Source: an uncultured virus (IMG/VR IMGVR_UViG_2758568038_000001)
Lineage: Duplodnaviria; Heunggongvirae; Uroviricota; Caudoviricetes
Strand: one strand, 5' to 3'
DNA: 64,000 bases
Virus record (IMG/VR): IMGVR_UViG_2758568038_000001
Shown here: positions 17,971 through 26,899 of the stretch, one piece after another
How the letters are laid out: every line of letters starts with the position of its first letter
Numbering within the stretch: position 1 is the first letter of the stretch
Position numbers and translations under genes: made by a program
The notes under the pieces: model-generated
Seen by the model: the letters and a program-made list of their open reading frames with translations, nothing else
What the model was told of the DNA's origin: nothing
Database searches by the model: none

Positions 17971-19052
17971 GGGGTCGGTGTGCCCACGGACACAAAGACG
18001 CCTTTGGCGTAGAACCGCCCCATTACGTATACGGCATCGCCCGAGGAAACTACCTTGAACCGGATGCTCTGCAACCCTTTATTGGGTATAGACGTGAACC
18101 TGTGCCAATGGTTGTTGCCCAGTATGCCGGTGAGTGGCTGGTTCAGCACCAGGGACTCGCCACTGGTGGCGTCCTCTATGGTCACATATACCGGGGTCGA
18201 TCCGAGTGAGACCGAGTCGGAGATAAACCCTACTTCGGTCGGGAAGAGCAGGATGGACCCGCCGAATTCCTGCACGACCCCTACTGCGAGGTTGGTCCGG
18301 GACCACCGACCACTCACGCCTGGCTCGCTCGCCTGGGTGAACTCAGTGTATTGCCCCGTCGTGTTCCAGGCGGGCTCAGTGGCGCCCGACTGGACCTGGC
18401 TTACCGCGGGGAAGTCGTCAATGGTCAGTACGTATTGGTTGCCGTCCGGGATGGTGGGTCCCATAGGGTATGACTCACCCACCAAGATCCCTGGTTCCCA
18501 CGCCTCTAACCCACTGGCGACAAGCTCCAGCATCGCGGTCGTCGTCACAGCCTCGTAGGCGAGCACGTTCTTGCTCATGTCGCGCGGCTCCGGCGTGCGG
18601 AACCTTACGGCGGGGTACCCCCCGATGGCCACCAGCCCGCTACGATCAGACGATGCGTTGATGGCAACGCCAGACGCGCCGTGGACTGCAGACCCTGCGC
18701 CCAATGCGACTCTCCCGTCTGGCGGCGGCTTCTTCTGCTCGAAGGAGTCCAGCATGCCGGCGGTGATACGGGCCGAAACAACAGTTCCGACGCCCCATGA
18801 CTGCTTTACTGTCCCCTCTTGGCCGCGCGTGACGAAGAGTGCGTTCCCCGCCTTCTCTGTCGCGTACACGATCTCATATACGCTCGGGTCGGTTGGGTCG
18901 CTGAGTGTGATCGCCTGTATCAATCCCGTAGCAGGGTCCACGTCCGCGAAAAGCGCGATATGCTCCGGCGAGAGCAGGAGTTGGCTGAACGACTGCGAAA
19001 AAGCGATCGGGTCCAGCAGCGTACCGACGGCGTTGTTCGAGAATGCTTGCAT
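17967..19052 (-). CDS. probable tail fibre-related protein, 361 aa
   Basis: N-terminal FSNNA...EIV...VTRGQEGT...RITAG domain resembles tail-fibre N-termini. Confidence 0.6.
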   Translation of the reverse strand: MQAFSNNAVGTLLDPIAFSQSFSQLLLSPEHIALFADVDPATGLIQAITLSDPTDPSVYEIVYATEKAGNALFVTRGQEGTVKQSWGVGTVVSARITAGMLDSFEQKKPPPDGRVALGAGSAVHGASGVAINASSDRSGLVAIGGYPAVRFRTPEPRDMSKNVLAYEAVTTTAMLELVASGLEAWEPGILVGESYPMGPTIPDGNQYVLTIDDFPAVSQVQSGATEPAWNTTGQYTEFTQASEPGVSGRWSRTNLAVGVVQEFGGSILLFPTEVGFISDSVSLGSTPVYVTIEDATSGESLVLNQPLTGILGNNHWHRFTSIPNKGLQSIRFKVVSSGDAVYVMGRFYAKGVFVSVGTPTP

Positions 19053-19061
19053 GACTTCGCC

Positions 19062-19463
19062 TCACAGCGAGAAAATGCGGTAGGGGCCGTTGCTCCACTG
19101 GATCTGCACATCGCCGCCGTTGGTCGCCAAGGGCAGCCCGGTCACGTCGTCTATGTAGTCGATCAGCACTGACGAGCCCGCGACTCCGGTGTCCTTGTAA
19201 AGAACAACTGCTTTCACTGTGTTTCCAGCCAATAGAGTCGGAAACGTCACATCATCCGCATCAAATGCGCCGTTGGCGACAGATTTATTGGTGAGTTCCT
19301 GAGCGGGTCCGACCAGTGCAGCGCCGAGATCGCTGAGGAACTCATGTGCTGCGCTGTATGTGTACGCATTGGTAACGACTACCGCCTTGATCGTGTCTGA
19401 CGCGAAATTGATTGCGGCGGAAAGGATCTTTTCCTTGCCTTTGGGATAGAGGGCGTTGGCCAT
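19062..19463 (-). CDS. small virion structural protein, 133 aa
   Basis: AAGGA RBS; MANALYPKGKE...FDADDVTF pattern. Confidence 0.65.
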   Translation of the reverse strand: MANALYPKGKEKILSAAINFASDTIKAVVVTNAYTYSAAHEFLSDLGAALVGPAQELTNKSVANGAFDADDVTFPTLLAGNTVKAVVLYKDTGVAGSSVLIDYIDDVTGLPLATNGGDVQIQWSNGPYRIFSL

Positions 19464-19651
19464 GGTGGTTCCTTGTGAGGGGTCTGCACCGAGGGCTTCA
19501 TGCGTCCGCCAACGATCTTTGAAAGATAAACGGGAGTGTACCGCAAAGCCCCGGAGTTAAGGCTTTGCGGTACGGCAGGGGGTTGGATAGCGAGGGATGA
19601 ATGCCCCGCGAATGGCTCCCACCCCCTGCTGGGGCAGCCGCCATTGTTCGG

Positions 19652-20101
19652 TTATTCGGGCGGCGTCACCGGCCAGGCGTCGCGGTGCTTTCGGACATCA
19701 TTCGCGTGGCCCGTAGCCGTGCCTGCCAGCTCTTGATAGTCTCGGCTGCAGTCAGCGAATAGTCCACTGACGGTAGTGGCGTACTCAGCGACGGCGGCGG
19801 GGGGAGCTGCAGCGATGCGCCGGGCGGTGTCGCTGAGTTGCTCGCGCAGCCCGTCAGACTCACGAGCAGCAGCGGCCAGATGACGGCGAGAGATGGTTTC
19901 GCGTTCGGTAGCAGCATTGAGGGCTCCTTGGTATTTCGTGGTGATGGCATGCTGCTCGGCGCGCAGCGTAGACGTGGCCTTGATGACGGCGTTCGCATGT
20001 TCCAGCCGCAGTTCAGCCAGTTCGGCGGTGTAGCGGTTGTCCTGGAAGAACCAGGCGGCCAGCGCCGCGATGACGGCTGCGGCGAGGTGGGTGTAGATCA
20101 T
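19652..20101 (-). CDS. Rz: inner-membrane spanin (Rz-like), 149 aa
   Basis: N-terminal TM segment then helical region, directly after endolysin; ATG at 20101. Confidence 0.8.
   Translation of the reverse strand: MIYTHLAAAVIAALAAWFFQDNRYTAELAELRLEHANAVIKATSTLRAEQHAITTKYQGALNAATERETISRRHLAAAARESDGLREQLSDTARRIAAAPPAAVAEYATTVSGLFADCSRDYQELAGTATGHANDVRKHRDAWPVTPPE
19666..19917 (-). CDS. Rz1: outer-membrane lipoprotein spanin (Rz1-like), embedded in Rz
   Basis: Signal peptide with lipobox LTGC followed by Pro-rich segment. Confidence 0.8.
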   Translation of the reverse strand: MLLPNAKPSLAVIWPLLLVSLTGCASNSATPPGASLQLPPPPSLSTPLPSVDYSLTAAETIKSWQARLRATRMMSESTATPGR

Positions 20102-20607
20102 TGCAGTGCCATGCACTCGGCATGCCGTTTTTGTTGCCGAGTCCACACCCCGGAGCAGATCTTGTTGCCTGGGGTCGAGCAGTCGTATCCGCCAGAGAAC
20201 TTGTAGAGCAGCAGCGAGTGGCAGGCGGACACGTAGTCGCTGGCCAGGATGTTCCTGCGCATACTGGACTTCGCCCACGCCCCCGTGCCGTACTGGTAGA
20301 CCCAGTTCATGTAGATGTCGTACTCGCCCGGATGCAGGTACGCGCCCTCCAGCGACTGCTGGAAGACCTTCTCCTCGCGCGCTACATGGGCCTGGGCCTT
20401 GACCAGCGCACGCACGGGGGTGGTGGTGTCACCCATCTTCACTGGGCGGCCGTCCTCATGGAAGGTGGAGCCGAAGCCGACCGTGGGCCGGTCGTTGCGT
20501 GTCGGGATCATGGCCTTCTCGACGTAGCTCTCGTCGACCACGATACCTACGAACGCCGCCGCCGACAGGCTCAGCGCAGCGACAGCGATGCGTGCGCCGC
20601 GCGTCAT
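20098..20607 (-). CDS. SAR endolysin, GH24 lysozyme family, 169 aa
   Basis: Ala/Gly-rich N-terminal anchor, catalytic-type E...D...TVGFGST, C-terminal GVWTRQQKR. Confidence 0.85.
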   Translation of the reverse strand: MTRGARIAVAALSLSAAAFVGIVVDESYVEKAMIPTRNDRPTVGFGSTFHEDGRPVKMGDTTTPVRALVKAQAHVAREEKVFQQSLEGAYLHPGEYDIYMNWVYQYGTGAWAKSSMRRNILASDYVSACHSLLLYKFSGGYDCSTPGNKICSGVWTRQQKRHAECMALQ

Positions 20608-20891
20608 TCGTACATCCCCATCTTGACGGCGTGCTCCTCGCGCTCGCGCTGTGCACGCTCTTCGATCAGCTTGCGCTCTTCGATGTAGAGGCGGCGCCGA
20701 TGCAGAGCTTGATAGGCCTGCAGGCACAGACCCAGCAGGCCGATGATCATGCCGAAAACCATGGCGAACTCATTGAGCGTGAGGCCGCCGATGAAGGCGG
20801 TGCTGCCCCCGCCGACGGACATGCTGGTGGCGATTTTGGCCAGGGCGGTGTCGCTGGCGGCTTGGGCGGCCTGGTTTGAAATTTCACTCAT
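20604..20891 (-). CDS. holin, 95 aa
   Basis: Hydrophobic segments plus charged C-terminus, immediately upstream of endolysin. Confidence 0.75.
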   Translation of the reverse strand: MSEISNQAAQAASDTALAKIATSMSVGGGSTAFIGGLTLNEFAMVFGMIIGLLGLCLQAYQALHRRRLYIEERKLIEERAQREREEHAVKMGMYE

Positions 20892-20900
20892 GGCTCTGTC

Positions 20901-22286
20901 CTATGCAATGGTTGTCCTGCGCACCTCTGCCGCCACAGCCAGCGTGCGGGCTTCTGCCGCCACAGCCAGCGTGCGGGCTTCTGCCGCCACAGCCAGCGTG
21001 CGGGCCGGCGAGGTCAGTGGGGCGCTTTCTCGCGCCGTGAATGTGTCCGCGCCGATTTCCTGAGTGGCCAGTAGGCCAGCGGCATAGATCTGGCCGGCGA
21101 TGGCTGCCGTGTCCTGCCCGGCTTCAACAGCTGCCAGCAAGGCGCTGACCAGTGCTGCGCCAGTGGCTGATGCCGTGTCGCCGCCTGCCTCCTGTGCGGT
21201 CATGGCCCCGCTGGATGTTGGCAGCGAGCCCGCGGCATAGAGCGTGTCCGCCCCGGATTCGATGGCGGCCATGGCGCCCGAAACCAGCGCGGTGACAAAA
21301 GCCGCCGCCGCATCCGAACCTGTTTCTGTAGCGGCCAGGGCGCCCTGCGCTCTTGCAATGTCGCCGCCCGTGGCTGAGAAGCTGTCTGGCCCCGACTCCG
21401 TGGCGGTCAATGCGCCTTGGACAGCGGCAACGCCTGCCAGGGCGGCAATGTCCGGTCCGGCTTCCGTGGCGGACATGCTGCCCTGCGCCAGCGTCGCTCC
21501 AGCGAGCGCTGCAATGTCCGGACCGGACTCCGCGGCGGCCACACTACCCTGCGCCAGCACTGCGCCAGACAACGCTGCGGCATCTTGGCCCGATTCCGTG
21601 GCGGCCAAGGTGCCCGATAGTGCGGCCGTCGTGCTGGTGGATGCGGTAAAGGTGTCCGCACCAGACTCCACGGCCGCCAGCGCGCCAGCCGCCAAGGCCG
21701 ATCCTGTCGCGGTCGCCGTATCGCTGCCGGATTCGGTTGCCGTCAGCACCCCACTCGCTGTTGCCGATGCCGTGGCGGCGAATGCATCGCTGCCTGCTTC
21801 GGAAACCGCCATAGCGCCCTGAATGGTAGATGCGCCGCCCGCCATCGCTGCGGTATCGCTGCCAACTTCTGCCGCCGCCAGCGCGCCCTGCACCAGCGCA
21901 CCGCCTGTTGCAGCAAAGGTATCGCCCCCGGCTTCCGTAGCGGCCAGCGTGTTCGACGTGGCTGCACCCATGGTCACTGCGGCAGGCGTGCCAATGGCAA
22001 CCCCATCCACATAGAGCTGGTAAGCGAAGGATGCCGGCAGTGCCCCTGTGTAGTCGAAAGACCCGTCCTCGTCCATCACCAACGTGCCCGATGCCGGCGG
22101 CGTCGTCACGTAGGCGCGAAACTCCTTACCCTCGTCGCCCGTTTCTACATCGTTGTAAAGAACCCCAGGCCCGTGCGTGCCGGTGCCGGTGGTCAGAAGA
22201 ATGGTCGATCCCAGCACCCCGAGGCCACGGTGGCCGCAGACGGTAGCGCCTGCGATCAGGCTGGTGGTATCGACGCGGGTGCTCAT
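20901..22286 (-). CDS. Ala-rich repetitive fibre-like virion protein, 461 aa
   Basis: Many LxAxExGxDxxAxxG repeats. Confidence 0.7.
   Translation of the reverse strand: MSTRVDTTSLIAGATVCGHRGLGVLGSTILLTTGTGTHGPGVLYNDVETGDEGKEFRAYVTTPPASGTLVMDEDGSFDYTGALPASFAYQLYVDGVAIGTPAAVTMGAATSNTLAATEAGGDTFAATGGALVQGALAAAEVGSDTAAMAGGASTIQGAMAVSEAGSDAFAATASATASGVLTATESGSDTATATGSALAAGALAAVESGADTFTASTSTTAALSGTLAATESGQDAAALSGAVLAQGSVAAAESGPDIAALAGATLAQGSMSATEAGPDIAALAGVAAVQGALTATESGPDSFSATGGDIARAQGALAATETGSDAAAAFVTALVSGAMAAIESGADTLYAAGSLPTSSGAMTAQEAGGDTASATGAALVSALLAAVEAGQDTAAIAGQIYAAGLLATQEIGADTFTARESAPLTSPARTLAVAAEARTLAVAAEARTLAVAAEVRRTTIA
20926..21005. repeat. 3 x 27-bp tandem repeat encoding RTLAVAAEA
   Basis: TCTGCCGCCACAGCCAGCGTGCGGGC(T) starting at 20926, 20953 and 20980. 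Confidence 0.9.
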
Positions 22287-22781
22287 GCTGCGGTCGCTTT
22301 CTGCAGCCCTTCGGCGCCCGATGCCAGCACGATCACGCAGCGGTATTCAGTGGCGGCCACCAAGGCGGCGTCCGTCACGGCCATGACCCCGGATGCATCG
22401 GATGTCTGCGCGGTTTTCGTCACCACCTTGTTGCCTGTGGCCACGGCATAGACATGCACTGTGGCGCCCACCTCATTGGCCAGCAGCGTGCCCACGGTCA
22501 GGCCGGTAACCACATCCACATCGGCCGATGTGGTGATGCTGGCCTTGGCCGCCGTGCCGGCCGCCGAGGCGGTGGTGTTCAGGATGCCTGCCGTGGCGCC
22601 GTTGGCGTCCGAGAGCGTCAGCACGGAGCCAGACACCGTGCCAGCCGTGGCCGCCAGGGGGGAATGTGGCCAGCAGTGCATCGGCTGCAGTGAACAGCTT
22701 GAGCTTGCCAGAGGCGCCAATAGTGGTCACCACGGCGTTCATGCGGGCGGTCTTGGTGGCGGCAGAGTAAATGACGGACAT
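22283..22781 (-). pseudogene. frameshifted small virion protein gene
   Basis: MSVIYS...LLATFP continues as LAATAGTVSG... only if one base of the G6 run at 22657-22662 is removed. Confidence 0.7.
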
Positions 22782-22791
22782 GGTGCTTCCT

Positions 22792-23064
22792 TCAGCGTTC
22801 GGTCATGGAGAAATAAATGGTGCGGTCGTCGGTGCGCCCGCCTGCCGTGGTGATGCGGCAGGTCACGAACTCGTCGGCGTCCACCACGCCGCCGGAGACA
22901 AACGCCGTGGCGGTGGTGCTTGTGTTAGAGGATGAAACCACGGTGACACCCGCGCTCGGAACCCAATCGACGGACACGATCACGTCCGCCACCGGGGCGA
23001 GCCAGTCCGTCCAATCGACCGTGTAGTCGAGGACTGCGTTGGGGTCTTTTTTGATGGCCATCAC
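22792..23064 (-). CDS. probable fibre/tail adaptor protein, about 90 aa
   Basis: KDPNAVLDYTVDWTDWL motif. Confidence 0.65.
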   Translation of the reverse strand: MMAIKKDPNAVLDYTVDWTDWLAPVADVIVSVDWVPSAGVTVVSSSNTSTTATAFVSGGVVDADEFVTCRITTAGGRTDDRTIYFSMTER

Positions 23065-23699
23065 AGGCCTCCGTATTGGGTAGAGCCGACCTGGCGCCTT
23101 GCCCGGGTCTGCTCAGCGTCGGCGCGCTCGCAGTAGGCTAAGAACTTCGCCTCGTAGTCCTCGGCCTTGCGGCGGTCGAAGGTGTCGGCGTCATGGACGT
23201 TGTATGCAAGGTGCTTGACCCAGTACAGCAACGCCATGTGGTGCTGATCTTCAATCTCGAAAGAGTCCCCCTCGCCCACCGGCTTTGGCAGGCGGAACAC
23301 GTCCAGCGCGACCTCGGCTGCCTCGTTCGGCAGGGGCCAGGCGCGGAGCATGCCCTTCTCGATACCGGTCACCAGAGCCTTCAGGGGTCCGGGGCGACCG
23401 TCAAAACGAATACCGCCCTGCTCGGTGCGCTCCTGGTTGACGATGTCAACCGGGCGCCCCGTACTGGCGAGGTAGGCCTTGCGCAACTTCAGGATGCGCT
23501 TGTTGAGCGGATACCATTCGGAGCCGGGCACGACGCTCAGTTTGAAGCTGCGCCCGTCCTCGATGCCTTCTGTGAGGCGGCAGAACTCCACCTGTGCTGC
23601 GTTGATGTAGGCGTAGACCGTCTCATCCGCAAACAGGTACGGCTGCTCCTGGTCGCGCATCTCTGCGCGGAACAGGCCGAGGAGTTCTGTCGTGTCCAT
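23061..23699 (-). CDS. probable head-tail adaptor, 212 aa
   Basis: FRAEMRD...YINAAQ N-terminus and HMALLYW..HLAY C-terminus; downstream of capsid. Confidence 0.65.
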   Translation of the reverse strand: MDTTELLGLFRAEMRDQEQPYLFADETVYAYINAAQVEFCRLTEGIEDGRSFKLSVVPGSEWYPLNKRILKLRKAYLASTGRPVDIVNQERTEQGGIRFDGRPGPLKALVTGIEKGMLRAWPLPNEAAEVALDVFRLPKPVGEGDSFEIEDQHHMALLYWVKHLAYNVHDADTFDRRKAEDYEAKFLAYCERADAEQTRARRQVGSTQYGGL

Positions 23700-23704
23700 G
23701 ACGC

Positions 23705-24076
23705 TCAGTCGTCCTTGCCGACCTTGAACTCAGCCCACAGGATGTCGCGCTCCTTGGCGCCGAGCTTCCAGCCCAGGATCGACTCGAGGGCGCCGCCGTG
23801 CGGGGCACCGCCGGCAGTGAAGTCTTCGCGGGAGTTGCGCAGGGCCAGCATCTCAAACGCGGCGAAGACGTCGTCCTTGCGCTTGTTCGGGTCTTGGGGT
23901 TCGTTGGTCTTGACGGCGCTGGGCGCGTCTTCGATCTCGTCGTCGGGCACGGCGCCGAAGGCCTGCACCTCGGCGTACAGCTCGGGTGGGACGTGCGTGG
24001 GCACGCCCTTCTTGAATTCGACGGACAGGCCCAGCACGGAGGCGTGGACACGGTCGCGGTTGAGGGTGAACTTCAT
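23705..24076 (-). CDS. hypothetical head-region protein, 123 aa
   Basis: GGAG RBS, typical codon usage. Confidence 0.7.
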   Translation of the reverse strand: MKFTLNRDRVHASVLGLSVEFKKGVPTHVPPELYAEVQAFGAVPDDEIEDAPSAVKTNEPQDPNKRKDDVFAAFEMLALRNSREDFTAGGAPHGGALESILGWKLGAKERDILWAEFKVGKDD

Positions 24077-24133
24077 AACGATCTCCAGGTGATGGAAGAA
24101 CGGGGCGCTAAGGCCCCGTCTTCATGGTCCCGA

Positions 24134-24586
24134 TCAGTTCGGGTTGACTTCGGTGATACGGCCGTCGGTCGTGTAGTTCACGCGGAGACGGAACTTGCCG
24201 GCCGTGGCGTTGGCCACCGTCGAGGCGATGGTCACGCGCACGTTCTTACCGTCCACAGCCGCCAGGCCCAAACCGGTCAGGGCGACCCGGGTACCGGCTG
24301 CGGACAGCAAGGTCGTTGCGGCCAAGAGGGCAGCGGCGGAGGCCGAGGTGCCGACAGCGGCGGTGTAGGCCGTAGGGCCCACGCCCGCTTCTTCGACGAT
24401 CAGTTCGCCGCCGACCACCACCGCACCCTGGGGCAGGTTGATGACCTCGAAGACACCGGCGTCGGTGTAGACGGAGCCGAAGGTCTTGAGGGCCCCGGCG
24501 GTGTCTTTCATGGTGTCGTTGAAGCTGAACACGAATTCAGCCGACATGACGGGCTGTGCGCCACGGGTTGCTTGTTTCAGAGCCAT
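24134..24586 (-). CDS. probable capsid decoration/virion protein, 150 aa
   Basis: Directly follows capsid gene, AGGAGG RBS. Confidence 0.6.
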   Translation of the reverse strand: MALKQATRGAQPVMSAEFVFSFNDTMKDTAGALKTFGSVYTDAGVFEVINLPQGAVVVGGELIVEEAGVGPTAYTAAVGTSASAAALLAATTLLSAAGTRVALTGLGLAAVDGKNVRVTIASTVANATAGKFRLRVNYTTDGRITEVNPN

Positions 24587-24599
24587 GGTGATGCCCTCC

Positions 24600-25718
24600 T
24601 TACTGAGCCACGTAGCACGAGATCACGCCGAAGTCTTCGACGGAACCGTTCTCGTAGATGTTGCCGAACTTGGGCTTCAGGAAGCCGAGGATCTTGCCCA
24701 CCGAGATACCTTGCGAGTTCTCGTAGTCGAAGCCCTTCTCGTTCCACTCGGGTGCGCCGATGTCGGCCATGCCCAGGGCTTGTGCGCCGCAGAACAGGAC
24801 CTGGCAGCCGTCGACCGTGCCCACCGCGCCGTACTTCGAGCCGCTGGCCGCACCGGTGGTGTTGGGCACATGGCGGAACTCGTGCAGGTAGATGCCGTCG
24901 ATCTTCACGGTCGCGCCGGTGAAGAGCGGGTTGGCCTTGTCACGCTCTTGCGCGTGGCGCAGGTTGAGCATGTAGTTCTGGTCCATCTTCAGCTTGGCCA
25001 TGGCCTGGGGCGTCAGGAAGGCGTGGAAGGTTTCCTCGCCGCCGTCTTCCTTCACGCCACGGATGTAGCGGTCCTTGGCGTAGGCCTTGAGCTGCACGAA
25101 CATTTCCCACATCGGGGTGTCGGTGGCGGCCACACCGGAGCTGGCAGCTGCGGACACCAGGGTCTTGGTGGCCGAGGTGCCGTCCCAGCGCAGGCGGCGG
25201 GCAGCGGTCGGAGCAGCCACGTCGGCAGCGAACTCCAGGAACTGGAGGTCGGAGCCGATGCGGTTGGCGCCGTTGGGCTTCTTGGCGTAGCTGATGCCGG
25301 CCATGGTCTGGAATGCCAGCTGGTCCATGCGGTCGGCGAGCCAGTAGCTCAGCACGTCGCGGCTGTTGCCGCGGAACTCGACGATGGACTTCTGGTCGGC
25401 CATGCGGCCTTCGTGGCGGTTGGCGTGGCGCAGCTGGTCGATGCGGATGACCTGGTCAAAGGTCTGCATCGCCTCTTCGTTGCCTTCCAGCGTGCGGTCG
25501 CCGGCAACGCCGTCGCCGGTCAGGTCGGCCAGCAGCGTGATGACTGCGCGGGCGCCCTTTTCCGACTTCTTCAGCTCGGTGATGTGCTGAATCAGGCTGT
25601 TGGGGCCCTTGCCCAGGAAGCGGTTGATGAAGGAGTGGTTACGGGCCTGTTTCCACAGGTCCATAGACCAGACGGTCTTCTGTTCGGACGTCAACAGTCC
25701 AAAGTTGGTGAGTGCCAT
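24600..25718 (-). CDS. major capsid protein (N4-gp56-like family), 372 aa
   Basis: GDRTLEGNEE, IRIDQLRHA and FCGAQALG motifs; portal-scaffold-capsid order. Confidence 0.88.
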   Translation of the reverse strand: MALTNFGLLTSEQKTVWSMDLWKQARNHSFINRFLGKGPNSLIQHITELKKSEKGARAVITLLADLTGDGVAGDRTLEGNEEAMQTFDQVIRIDQLRHANRHEGRMADQKSIVEFRGNSRDVLSYWLADRMDQLAFQTMAGISYAKKPNGANRIGSDLQFLEFAADVAAPTAARRLRWDGTSATKTLVSAAASSGVAATDTPMWEMFVQLKAYAKDRYIRGVKEDGGEETFHAFLTPQAMAKLKMDQNYMLNLRHAQERDKANPLFTGATVKIDGIYLHEFRHVPNTTGAASGSKYGAVGTVDGCQVLFCGAQALGMADIGAPEWNEKGFDYENSQGISVGKILGFLKPKFGNIYENGSVEDFGVISCYVAQ

Positions 25719-25854
25719 GGTGGCGCCCTTTCATTGGTAGACAAACGATCGGCCTGGAGGGCCTGCCTTTTGCCGATGTGTCGTCTCGACCAACGAAAGT
25801 GGAAAGATGCTGTCGGGATCTTTGCCTTTAACCGATGAGCCGCATTCTAATCCA

Positions 25855-25890
25855 AAAAAGATAAACGACAAGCGGCGCCGAAGCGCCGCC
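25855..25890 (-). terminator. hairpin/terminator after scaffold gene
   Basis: Minus strand GCGGCGC-TTCG-GCGCCGC followed by TTGTCGTTTATCTTTTTT. Confidence 0.55.
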
Positions 25891-25909
25891 GTGATTTATT
25901 TGCGTGGGG

Positions 25910-26899
25910 TCACAGTTCGTCGCCGCGCATCCGTGCCAGCACGTCGTCTGGCAGCTTGCGGAAGTCGTCCTGGCTCAGCTTCATGACGTCCTTGGCGGTC
26001 AGGGAGCCGCCGGCCTTGTCGCTATCCATGCCCACCTTGGTCGTGCTGGGCGGTGTCTTGCCTACGGCGTCCAGGGTCTTCTTCACGGCGTCCTTCTTGC
26101 GCTCGGCGGCCACGTCCTTGTCGGCCACGCGCGGCGTGGTGTCGATGGCAGCTTCCTGCTTCTTGGTCGAGGTGCCCAGCAGCTTGTCTACGGCCTTCTG
26201 CATGGCGGCGGTGGGGGTCAAGCCCTTGCGCTCGTAGGCGCCCTTGAGGTCGATCACGTCCTCCATCAAGCCTTCGTCGTAGTCGGCGTGGTCTTCGTTC
26301 AGGCTGGGGTAGGCAGCCTCGATGCGCTCCAGGGCCACGTTGTAGCGGGCGCGTTCGGTGGCGCGGGCTTCGGCCGCCGCGATCTTCATGTCGTTCTTGG
26401 CGTCGCCGATGCTGCGCTCGGCCTGACGGATCTTGGACATCAGGGCCGCAGCCTTGTCCAGCTCGCCTTCGCCCAGCAGGGCGTTGTACTGCTTCTCCAT
26501 GGCCAGGATCGATTCCTCGGCCTGGGTGATGTCCTGGTTCAGGGAGGCCACTTCGGTGCCGCGCTGGAACTGCGACAGCTGGCGCTCCAGGTCGGCGCGC
26601 TTGGCGCGCTCCTTCTCCAGCAAGTCCTTGTGGCGGGACAGCGGGATGCGCTGCTCGCGCTGCTTTTTCTCGGCCTTGGTCTCTTCCTCGGCCTCCGGGT
26701 CGGCGTCTGGGTCTTCGGGGTCGATGTCGTCGTCCGAGTCCGCGGCGCTGGGGGTGGGCTTTGCGGCCGGCGCGGGCTCGTCTTCCGTGGAGACGAAGTC
26801 GTCGCCCCGGTCAGTCACGCCGGAGCCGCCGGTGTCGGAGCCATCATCGCCCGCCGGGGCCATGTAGCGCGAGAGGAGTTTCTGCAAGAGCGGGTTCAT
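25910..26899 (-). CDS. capsid scaffolding protein, 329 aa
   Basis: Acidic N-terminus, RIPLSR motif, coiled coil; between portal and capsid. Confidence 0.75.
   Translation of the reverse strand: MNPLLQKLLSRYMAPAGDDGSDTGGSGVTDRGDDFVSTEDEPAPAAKPTPSAADSDDDIDPEDPDADPEAEEETKAEKKQREQRIPLSRHKDLLEKERAKRADLERQLSQFQRGTEVASLNQDITQAEESILAMEKQYNALLGEGELDKAAALMSKIRQAERSIGDAKNDMKIAAAEARATERARYNVALERIEAAYPSLNEDHADYDEGLMEDVIDLKGAYERKGLTPTAAMQKAVDKLLGTSTKKQEAAIDTTPRVADKDVAAERKKDAVKKTLDAVGKTPPSTTKVGMDSDKAGGSLTAKDVMKLSQDDFRKLPDDVLARMRGDEL

Noticed and set aside
19505..19590. GCAAAGCC...TAA...ACGGCAG...GGGTTG superficially like a c-di-GMP-I riboswitch
   Set aside because: The upstream GGCAAA/GAAA stem is not evident, it is antisense to the operon, and a simple 13-bp inverted repeat (19538-19550 / 19561-19573) explains the pattern. 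An Infernal search would settle it.
19666..19917. Nested ORF in the Rz gene as novel overprinting
   Set aside because: Standard embedded Rz/Rz1 spanin arrangement.
20926..21005. Short repeats as a CRISPR array
   Set aside because: Tandem in-frame coding repeats with no spacers.
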